Assembly (NCBI RefSeq): GCF_964204865.1
Contig: NC_135254.1
Coordinates: 19,778,001-19,842,000 of the forward strand
DNA: 64,000 nucleotides
DNA from: Styela clava
Taxonomy: Eukaryota
Direction: 5' to 3'
Shown here: positions 11,401 through 23,400 of the stretch, piece after piece
Layout of the letters: each line of letters begins with the position of its first letter
How positions within the stretch are numbered: the stretch's first letter is position 1
Notes under the pieces: model-generated
The model's input: only the letters and a program-made list of their open reading frames with translations
Told to the model about the DNA's origin: nothing
The model's database searches: none
Program-made: the position numbers and the translations under genes

Positions 11401-14400
11401 GTTTTGTTAAATATTATTACGCTTTGGGAATATAGAACAACATTAGATATGGATAGATAACATTCCGGAAATAGATGCGTGAATCGTACATGGTGCATCA
11501 CTTGTACCACGTTTCCAAATTAATTATTATATATTACAGGTAAATTTATTTAAACAAACCTTGTCTCCACCGCCCAATGCAGAATTTACATTTTCGGACA
11601 GGAGACTAGGAATACATTCGTTTTCAAACGTTGAACGAACTTTTCTGATGCCGTCACATTCAGCAATATTGACTGGAGTTTGGTATTTCTTAGATGTGCC
11701 ATCCTGAAAATATAGATGCGTCTCGAAATACCTACTTCGTAATTTTTTCAAATATAAAAAATGAATTCAATTTGATTCTATTTAATATTGAGTTAATATT
11801 AAACAATCTTTGTCTTCGCCGTTCAAAGCAAAATTTGCCTTTTCCGACAGAAGACTGAGGACATAATCGTCTTCCAATGTAACGTCCTCTCCGTCCTGTT
11901 AAATTCATCTTTCGAAGTTTACACAAAACAAAGACCTAACTAAAATTTGCCCTACTGTTTGAGACGAGTGAATAATCCTATCTTTTCAAATTTAAGTACT
12001 GTATATATATAGCTGAAGAAGTGCGTTTGGTGGAAAAAAAATAGGTGAAAAAACCCAATAAAGAATGTCTCAAAAATTTCGTGTACGAATTGTTCCACGT
12101 GTCCGAAAAGTCCAACGTGTCTCATTTGTTCCACGTATCCCACTTAACATTCATATATTACAGGTTAATTTAATCAAACAAACCTTGTTTTTACCGACCA
12201 ATGCAGAATTGACCTTTTCTGACAGAAGACTAAGGACATCATCGTCTTCAAATGTAACATCTTCTTCGTCCTGTTTAATTCATATTTTGTAGTTTACACA
12301 AAACAAAGACCTAACTATAATTTAACGAACTTTTTAAAGACGAACAATTAATCCAGTCTATTCGAATTCTTGCGTTGGGTAAAAAAAAAAAGTGAAAGCA
12401 ACCCAATGGAGGGTGTCTCGAAAATTTCGAGTACGACTTGTTTCACGTGTCTCAGTAGTACATGGTGCATCCCTTGTACCACGTTTCAAAATCAATATTT
12501 AAATATTACAGGTTAATTTAGTTAAACAAACCTTGTTTTCACTGTCCAATGCAGAATTCACATTTTCTGACAGAAGACCAAGGATATCATCGTCTTCAAA
12601 GGTAACATCCTCTTCGTCCTGTTAAATTAATATTTTGTAGTTCACACAAATCAAAGACCTAACAAAAATTGCCCTACTTTATTAGACGAGTGAATAATCT
12701 TCTCTTTTCAAATTTTTGCAATGTATATACTTAAATGGAGAATTGCGTTTGGTGAAAAAAAAAATGAAAGGAACCCAATGTAGGGTGTCTCGAAAATTTC
12801 GAGTAGCCTACGACTTGTTCCACGTGTCCCAGCAGTACATGGTGCATCACTTGTACCACGTTTCAAATTAATATTTATATATTACAGGTTAATTTACCCA
12901 AAAACTTTCTCTTCGTCCTGTTAAATTTATTATATTTTGTAGTTTACACAAAACAAACACCCAACTATACTATAATTTGAAAGACATTTCAAGACGAAGA
13001 ATAAATCCAGTCTATTTATACTCCTGTACTGTATATATATATATTTAGCTGGAGAATTGCGTTTGACAAAGAATAATGAAGTAAAAGGAATCCAATGTAG
13101 AGGGTATCTAGAAAATATCGTGTCCCACTAGTTCCATGTGCCCCAATAGTCCCACGTGTCTCACTTGTCCCACGCATCCCACTCAGTATTTAAATATTAC
13201 AATTTAATTTACTTAAACAAACCTTGTCTTTAACGTCCAATGCAGAATTGCTATTTTCTGACAGGAGACTAAGAATGTCATCGTTTCCAAATGAAGCATC
13301 TCCGCCGTTCTGTTAAATTTTGTTATTTAACTCAAAACACAGACCTAACTGTTTTAAAATTTAATTTGTAAGACGAGGGATTAATCTTGCCGAACTACAT
13401 TCTTAGCAACACTTCGAATTTGTAAATAATTAGCTGAAGAATTCCACTTGTTGAAGAAAAAAAAAGTAGAATGAACTCAATATGCAAATAATTATGTAGA
13501 TCAATTAACAAACCACTAATATTTCATTCAACGAAATAATCCACTCCTGTGTTTATTTATTGTAGTTCATATATTTGTCAAGATGAAAAATTCACAAACC
13601 TTTGGAAGCAAATCAATATTGTCGAGAATAGAAATGACAACAGCCTCAAAAATTAGCATTTCATCTGAGATCTGTGGCAGAAAAATTAAACTTTTGTTAG
13701 CAAGGTGAATAAAACGATATAACAAATACAGTTGAAGCTTCTGGAAACTTTATATATGAATTTTAATGATTGCCAACTCGTTAAATTTGAATTTCCCATT
13801 CATTTTCACGATCATACAAAACAGGTTTTTATTCTATTGAGTTGTTTCTTCATTTTAAATCGAATGATTTAATATCGATGCTCGGTTATCGATGCTCAGT
13901 TACTCGGTTTAATATTCTTGACATCAAAAACAAATATTTATGGAAGACAGTGCATTCTTTTGCTTCCAGGAGATTGACAATTGTACTCGTTTTGTTAGAT
14001 ATTAAACAGTTTGGAAAAGTATAAGGCAACATAGAATATGGATAGATATTCTTGAGCATCATTCACCACTAACTGGTTTGAAGTTAGGTATATAAAATTG
14101 TACTTTAAAAATGTTGTACGAACTTTTCTGATGACGTCGCATTCAGCATTTTTCACTGAAGTTTGATATTTCTTTGATGCGGTGTCATCCTGGAAATAGA
14201 TGCGTAAATAGTACATGGTGCATTACTTGTACCACGTTTCCAAATAAATATTTATATATTTAAGGGTAATTTACTCAAACAAACCTTGTCTCCACCGCCC
14301 AATGCAGAATTTACATTTTCAGACAGGAGACTAGGAAAATATTCATTTTCAAATGTCGAAGGAACTTTTTTGATGCCGACACATTCAGCAATATTCACTG

Positions 14401-17400
14401 GAATTTGGTATTTCTTTAATGTGATGCCATCCTGAAAATATAAATGCGTCTTGAAATAACTACTTCGTAATTTCATTCAATATAAGAAATGAATCCAATT
14501 TCATTCTACTTAATATTGAGTTATTAATAAACAAACCTTGTCTTCGCCGTTCAAAGCAGAATTTGCCTTTTCCGACAGAAGACTGAGTATATCATCGTCT
14601 TCAAATGTAACATCCTCTTCGTCCTGTTAAATTCATATTTTGAAGTTCACACAAAACAAAGACCTAACTAAAATTTGCCCTACTTTTTGAGACAATTGAA
14701 TAATCCTATATTTTCAAATTCTTGCACTGTATATATTTAGCTAGAGAAGTGGGTTTGGCGGAAAAAAAAATAAGTGAAAGAAACCCAATGTAGGATGTCT
14801 CGAAAATTCCATGTACGTCTTGTTCCACGTGTCCCAGCAGTACATGGTGCATTACTTGTACCACGTTTCCAAATCAATGTTTAAATATCACAGGTCAATT
14901 TACTTAAACAAACCTTGTCTTCACCGTCCAATGCAGAATTTACAGTTTCGGACAGGAGACTAGGAAAATATTCTTTTCCAAATGTTGAAGGAACTTTTCT
15001 GATGGCGTCACATTCAGCAATATTTACTGGAGTTTGGTATTTCTTTGATGTGATGCCATCCTGAAAAAATAGATGCGTCTCGAAATAACTATTACGTAAC
15101 TTCTTCAAATATATAAAAAATGAATAAATGAACAAGCTGGTAAACAAACCATTTCTTCAATATCCAAAGCACAATTGGCCTTTTCTGACAGAAGATGAAG
15201 GACATCATCGTCTTCAAATGTAACATCCTCTTCGTCCTGTTAAATTCATTTTTTATAGTTTACACAGAACAAACACCCAACTATACTATAATTTGAACGA
15301 CTTTTTTGTGACGAAAAATAATCCAGTCTATTTATACTTTTCTACTGTATATATCTAGCTGGAGAATTGTGTTTGGCAAAGAAAAATGAAGTAAAAGGAA
15401 TCCAAAGTGGGGTGTCTCGAAAATGTCGTGTCCCACTAGTTCCATGTTTCCCAATAGTCTTACGTGTCTCACTTGTCGCACGCATCCCACTCAGTATCCA
15501 TATATTACAGTTTAATTTACTTGAACAAACCTTGTATTCAACGTCCAAAGCATAATTTACATTTCCTGACAGGAGACTAGGGATATATTCGCTTTCAAAT
15601 GTTGAACGAACTTTTCTGATGGCGTCACATTCAGCAATATTCAATGGAGTTTGGTATTTCTTTGATGTTATGCCATCCTTAAAATATACATGCGTCTTGA
15701 AATAACTTTTTCGTAATTTGTTGAAATATAAGAAAATAATTCAATTTCATTTTACTTAATATTGAGTTAATGATAAACAAACCTTGTCTTCGCCGCTTGA
15801 AGCAGAATTTGCCTTTTCCGATAGAAGACCAAGGATATCATCGTCTTCAAAGGTAACATCCTCGTCCTCCTGTTTAATTAATATTTTGTAGTTCACACAA
15901 ATCAAAGACCTAACAAAAATTGCCCTACTTTATTAGACGAGTAAATAATCTTCTCTTTTCAAATTTTTGCAATGTATATACTTAGTTGGAGAATTGCGTT
16001 TGGTGAAAAAAAATGAAAGGAACCCAATGTAGGGTGTCTCGAAAATTTCGAGTAGCCTACGACTTGTTCCACGTGTCTCAGCAGTACATGGTGCATCACT
16101 TGTACCGCGTTTCAAATTAATATTTATATATTACAGGTTAATTTACCCAAAAACTTCCTCTTCGTCCCGTTAAATTTATATTTTGTAGTTTACACAAAAC
16201 AAACACCCAACTATACTATAATTTGAAAGACATTTCAAGACGAAGAATAAATCCAGTCTATTTATACTCCTGTACTGTATATATATATATTTAGCTGGAA
16301 TTTGCGTTTGACAAAGAAAAATGAAGTAAAAGGAATCCAATGTAGAGGGTATCTAGAAAATATCGTGTCCCACTAGTTCCATGTGCCCCAATAGTCCCAC
16401 GTGTCTCACTTGTCCCACGCATCCCACTCAGTATTTAAATATTACAATTTAATTTACTTAAACAAACCTTGTCTTTAACGTCCAATGCAGAATTGCTATT
16501 TTCTGACAGGAGACTAAGAATATCATCGTTTTCAAATGAAGCATCTCCGCCGTTCTGTTAAATTTTGTTATTTAACTCAAAACACAGACCTAACTGTTTT
16601 AAAATTTAATTTGTAAGACGAGGGATTAATCTTGCCTAACTACATTCTTAGCAACACTTCGAATTTGTAAATAATTAGCTGAAGAATTTCACTTGTTAAA
16701 GAAAAAAAAAGTAGAATGAACTCAATATGCAAATAATTATGTAGATCAATTAACAAACCACTAATATTTCATTCAACGAAATAATCCACTCCTGTGTTTA
16801 TTTATTGTAGTTCTTATATTTGTCAAGATAAAAAATTCACAAACCTTTGGAAGCAAATCAATATTGTCGAGAATAGAAATGACAACAGCCTCAAAAATTA
16901 GCATTTCATCTGAGATCTGTGGCAGAAAAATTAAACTTTTGTTAGCAAGGTGAATAAAACGATATATCAAATACAGTTGAAGCTTCTGGAAACTTTATAT
17001 ATGAATTTTAATGATTGCCAACTCGTTAAATTTGATGTTCCCATTCATTTTCACGATCATACAAAACAGGTTTTTATTCTATTGAGTTGTTTCTTCATTT
17101 TAAATCGAATGATTTAATATCGATGCTCGGTTATCGATGCTCAGTTACTCGGTTTAATATTCTTGACATCAAAAACAAATATTTATGGAAGACAGTGCAT
17201 TCTTTTGCTTCCAGGAGATTGACAATTGTACTCGTTTTGTTAGATATTAAACAGTTTGGAAAAATATAAGGCAACATAGAATATGGATAGATATTCTTGA
17301 GCATCATTCACCACTAACTGGTTTGAAGTTAGGTATATAAAAATGTACTTTAAAAATGTTGTACGAACTTTTCTGATGACGTCGCATTCAGCATTTTTCA

Positions 17401-20400
17401 CTGAAGTTTGGTATTTCTTTGATGCGGTGTCATCCTGGAAATAGATGCGTAAATAGTACATGGTGCATTACTTGTACCACGTTTCCAAATAAATATTTAT
17501 ATATCGAAGGGTAATTTACTCAAACAAACCTTGTCTCCACCGCCCAATGCAGAACTTACATTTTCAGACAGGAGACTAGGAAAATATTCATTTTCAAATG
17601 TCGAAGGAACTTTTTTGATGCCGACACATTCAGCAATATTCACTGGAATTTGGTATTTCTTTAATGTGATGCCATCCTGAAAATATAAATGCGTCTTGAA
17701 ATAACTACTTCGTAATTTCATTCAATATAAGAAATGAATCCAATTTCATTCTACTTAATATTGAGTTATTAATAAACAAACCTTGTCTTCGCCGTTCAAA
17801 GCAGAATTTGCCTTTTCCGACAGAAGACTGAGTATATCATCGTCTTCAAATGTAACATCCTCTTCGTCCTGTTAAATTCATATTTTGAAGTTTACACAAA
17901 ACAAAGACCTAACTAAAATTTGCCCTACTTTTTGAGACAATTGAATAATCCTATATTTTTAAATTCTTGCACTGTATATATTTAGCTAGAGAAGTGGGTT
18001 TGGCGGAAAAATAAATAAGTGAAAGAAACCCAATGTAGGATGTCTTGAAAATTTCATGTACGTCTTGTTCCACGTGTCCCAGCAGTACATGGTGCATTAC
18101 TTGTACCACGTTTCCAAATCAATGTTTAAATATCACAGGTCAATTTACTTAAACAAACCTTGTCTTCACCGTCCAATGCAGAATTTACAGTTTCTGACAG
18201 GAGACTAGGGATATATTCTTTTCCAAATGTTGAAGGAACTTTTCTGATGGCGTCACATTCAGCAATATTTACTGGAGTTTGGTATTTCTTTGATGTGATG
18301 CCATCCTGAAAAAATAGATGCGTCTCGAAATAACTATTACGTAACTTCATCAAATATATAAAAAATGAATAAATGAACAAACTGGTAAACAAACCATGTC
18401 TTCAATATCCAAAGCACAATTGGCCTTTTCTGACAGAAGATGAAGGACATCATCGTCTTCAAATGTAACATCCTCTTCGTCCTGTTAAATTCATTTTTTA
18501 TAGTTTACACAGAACAAACACCCAACTATACTATAATTTGAACGACTTTTTTGTGACGAAAAATTAATCCAGTCTATTTATACTTTTCTACTGTATATAT
18601 CTAGCTGGAGAATTGTGTTTGGCAAAGAAAAATGAAGTAAAAGGAAAACAATGTGGGGTGTCTCGAAAATGTCGTGTCCCACTAGTTCCATGTTTCCCAA
18701 TAGTCTTACGTGTCTCACTTGTCGCACGCATCCCACTCAGTATCCATATATTACAGTTTAATTTACTTGAACAAACCTTGTATTCAACGTCCAAAGCATA
18801 ATTTACATTTCCTGACAGGAGACTAGGGATATATTCGCTTTTAAATGTTGAACGAACTTTTCTGATGGCGTCACATTCAGCAATATGCACTGGAGTTTGG
18901 TATTTCTTTGATGTTCTGCCATCCTTAAAATATACATGCGTCTCGAAATAACTCTTTCGTAATTTGTTCAAATATAAGAAAAGAATTCAATTTCATTTTA
19001 CTTAATATTGAGTTAATAATAAACAAACCTTGTCTTCGCCGCTTGAAGCAGCATTTGCCTTTTCCGACTGAAGACGAAGGATATCATCGTCTTCAAATGT
19101 AACATCCTCTTCGTCCTGTTAAATTAATATTTTGTAGTTTACACAAAACAAAGGTCTAACAAAAATTGCCCTACTTTTTGAGACGTGAATAATCCTATCT
19201 TTTTAAATTCTTGCACTGTATATATTTAGCTGGAGAAATGCGTTTGGTGAAAAAATAGGTGAAAGGAGCCCAATGTAAGGTGTCTCGAAAATTTCGTGTA
19301 CGACTTGTTCCACGTGTCCAAAAAGTCCAACGTGTCTCATTTGTCCCACGTATCCCACTTAACATTCATATATTACAGGTTAATTTACTCAAACAAACCT
19401 TGTCTTCACCGTCCAATGCAGAATTAGCCTTCTCTGACAGAAGACTAAGGATATCATCGTCTTCGAATGTAACATCTTCTTCGTCCTAACAAATTCATAT
19501 TTTGTAGTTTACACAAAACAAGAACCTAACTATACTATATTATAACGAACTTTTCAAAGACGAAAAATTAATCCAGTCTATTTGAATTCGTGTACTGTTT
19601 ATATTTAGCTGGAGAATTGCGTTTGGTAAAAAAAATCAAGTGAAAGGAATCCAATGTAGGTTGTCTCGAAGGTTTTTTGTACGACTTATTGCACGTGTCC
19701 AAGTAGTACATAGTACATCACTTATAGTATACCACATTTCCAAATTAATATTTATATATTACCGGTTAATTTACTTAAACAAACCTTGTCTTCACCGCCC
19801 AAAGCAGAATTTGACAGGAGATTAGGGATATATTCGTTTTCAAACGTTGAACGAACTTTTCCGATGGCGTCACATTCAGCAATATTCACTGGAGTTTGAT
19901 ATTTCTTTGATGTGATGCCGTACTGAAAAAAATAGATGCGTCTCGAAATACCTACTTCGTAATTTCTTCAAATATATAAAAATTGGATTAATGAACAATC
20001 TGGTAAACAAACCATGTCTTCAATATCCAAAGCAGAATTGCTCTTTGCTGATAGAAGACTAAGGACATCATCGTCTTCAAATGTAACATCCTCTTCGTCC
20101 TGTTAAATTTATATTTTGTGTTTAACACAAAACGAACACCCAACTATACTATAATTTAAACGACTTTTTGAGATGAAGGATTAATCCAGTCTATTTATAC
20201 TCTGATACTTTATATATAAGCTGAAGAACTGTGTTTGGCAAATAAAAATGAAGTGAAAGGAATCCAATGTGGGGTGTCTCGAAAATGTCGTGTCCCACTA
20301 GTTTCATGTTTCCCAATAGCCCCACGTGTCTCACTTGTCCCACGCATTCCACTCAGTATTTAAAGATTAGTTTAATTTACATTAGACAAACCTTGTCTTC

Positions 20401-23400
20401 AACGTCCAAAACAGAATTGGCTTTTTCTGACAGGGGACTAAGAATATCATCGTTTTCAAATGAAACATCTCCGCCGTTCTGTTAAATTCCAATTGTTATT
20501 TATCTCAAAAAACAGACCTAACTATTTTAAAATTTAACAGTATTTTGTAAGGCAAGGGATTATTCTTGACTAATTACGTTCTTAGCTACACTTCAAATTT
20601 GTAAATAATTACCCGGAGAACTTTTCTTGGTGAAGAAAAAATAAATAGAATGCAATCAATATGCAAATAACTATGTAGATCAATAAACTAACAACTCATA
20701 TTTCATTCACCAAAATAATCCCACTTCTGTGTTTATTTATTGTAGTTCTTATATTTGTCAAGATGAAAAAATTCACAGACCTTTGGAAGCAAATCAATAT
20801 TGTTGAGAAAGGAAACGACAACAGCCTTGAAAAATAGCATTTCATCTGAGTTCTGTGGCAGGAAAATTAAACTTCTGTTAGCAAGGTGAATAAAACGATA
20901 TAACAACTTCAGTTGAATTTTCTGGAAACTTTATATATCAATTTCAATGATTTCCAACTCGTTGAATTTAAATTTCCTATTTATTTCTACGATCATACAA
21001 TACAGCCTTTCATTTCTATTGAGTTGTTTCTTCATTTCATATCGAATGATTTAATATCGATTCTTACTCGGTTTAATATTCTTGACCTCAGAAACAAATA
21101 TTTGTGGAAGACAGTGCATTCTTTTGCTTCCAGAAGAATGACAATTGTACTCGTTTTGTTAGATAGTAACATAGGATATGGATGGATGCGTTTGAGCATT
21201 ATACACCACTAACTGGTTTGAAGTTAGGTTTATAAAAATGTACTTATAAAAATGTTGTACGAACTTTTCTGAAGACGTCGCATTCAGCATTTTTCAATGA
21301 AGTTTGGTATTTCTTTGATGCGATGTCATCCTGGAAATAGATGCGTAAACAGTAAATGGTGGTGCATCACTTGTACTACGTTCCCAAATAAATATTTATA
21401 TATTAAAGGTTAATTTACTCAAACGAACCTTGTCTCCACCGCCCAATGCAGAATTTACATTTTCAGACAGGAGACTAGGAAAATATTCATTTTCAAATGT
21501 AGAAGGAACGTTTTTGATGCCGACACATTCAGCAATATTCACTGGAATTTGGTATTTCTTTGATGTGATGCCACCCTGAAAATATAAATGTGTCTTGAAA
21601 TAACTACTTCGTAATTTTATTCAATATAAGAAATGAATCCAATTTCATTCAACTCACTATTGAATTAATAATAAACAAACCTTGTCTTCGCCGTTCGAAG
21701 CAGGATTTGCCCTTTTCGACAGAAGACCAGGGATATCATCGTCTTCAAATGTAACATCCTCTCCGTCCTGTTAAATTCATATTTCCTAGTTTACACAAAA
21801 CAAAGACCAAACTAAAATTTGCCCTACTTTTTTGAGACGAGTGAATAATCCCATCTTTTTAAATTCTTGTACTGTATATTTTTTAGCTGAACAAGTGCAT
21901 TTGGTGAAAAAAAAATAAGCAAAAAAACCCAATGTAGGATGTCTTGAAAATTCATGTATGTCTTGTTCCACGTGTCCGAATAGTCCAACGTGTCTCATTT
22001 GTCTCACTTATCCCACTCAACATTCCTATATTACAGGTTAATTTACTCAAACAAACCTTGTCTTCACCGTCCAATGCAGAATTGACCTTTTCTGACAGAA
22101 GACCAAGGACATCATCGTCTTCAAATGTAACATCCTCTTCGTCCTGTTAATAGTTTACACAAAACAAGGACCTAAATATACTATAATTCAACCATCTTTT
22201 AAAAGAGGAAAAATAATCCAGTTTATTTGAACGCTTGTACTGTTTATATTTAACCGGAGAACTGCGTTTGGTGAAAACAAAATTAGTGAAAGGAACCCAA
22301 TGCAGGGTGTCTCGGAAATTTCGTGTACAACGTGTTCCACGTGTTCCAGTAGTACATAGCGCATCACTTGTACCACGTATCCACATTCATATATTACAGG
22401 TTAATTTACTTAAACAAACCTTGTCTTCACCGCCCAATGCAGAATTTACATTTTCGGACAGGAGACTAGGGATATATTCGTTTTCAAATGTTGAACGAAC
22501 TTTTCTGATGGCGTCACATTTAGCAATATTCACTGGAGTTTGGTATTTCTTTGATGTGATGCCATTCTGAAAAAATATAGATGCGTCTCGAACTACTCGT
22601 AATTTTTTCAAATATAAATAAAATGAATTCAATTTCATTCTACTTAATATTGATTTATTAATAAACAAACCTTGTCTTCGCCGCTTGAGGCAGAATATGC
22701 CTTTTCCGACAGAAGACGAAGAATATCATCGTTATCAAATGTAACATCTTCTTCGTCCTGTTAAATAATTTTTTTGTAGTTTACACAAAACAAATACCTA
22801 ACAAAAATTACCCTATTTTTTGAGACGAGTGAATAATCCTATCTTTTGTAATTCTTGCACTGTATATATTAAGCTGGAGAAATACGTTTGATGAAAAAAA
22901 AATAAGTGAAAGGAACCCAATGTAGGGCGTCTCGAAAATTTCGTGTAAGACTTGTTCCACGTTTCCGAATAGTCAACGTGTATCATTTGTCCAACGTATC
23001 CCACTTAACATTTATATAGTACAGGTCTACTTAAACAAACCTTGTCTTCACCGTCCAATACGGAATTGATCTTTTCTGACAGAAGACTAAGGATATCATC
23101 GTTTCCAAATGAAACATCTTCTTCGTCCTGTTAAATTCATATTTTGTATTTTACATGAAACAAGGACCTAACTATGCTATAATTTAACCGACTTTTGTAA
23201 GACAAGGGAATAATTCAGTCTATTTGAATTCTTGTTCTGTGTATATTTAGCTGGAGAATTGCGCTTGGTAAATGAAAGGAACGGAGCCCTATTAGGGTGT
23301 CTCGAAAATTTCGTATCCCACTTGTTCCATGTTTCCCGATAGTCCAACGTGTCTCACTTATCACACGTATTCATATTCATATCTATATATTACCGGTTAA

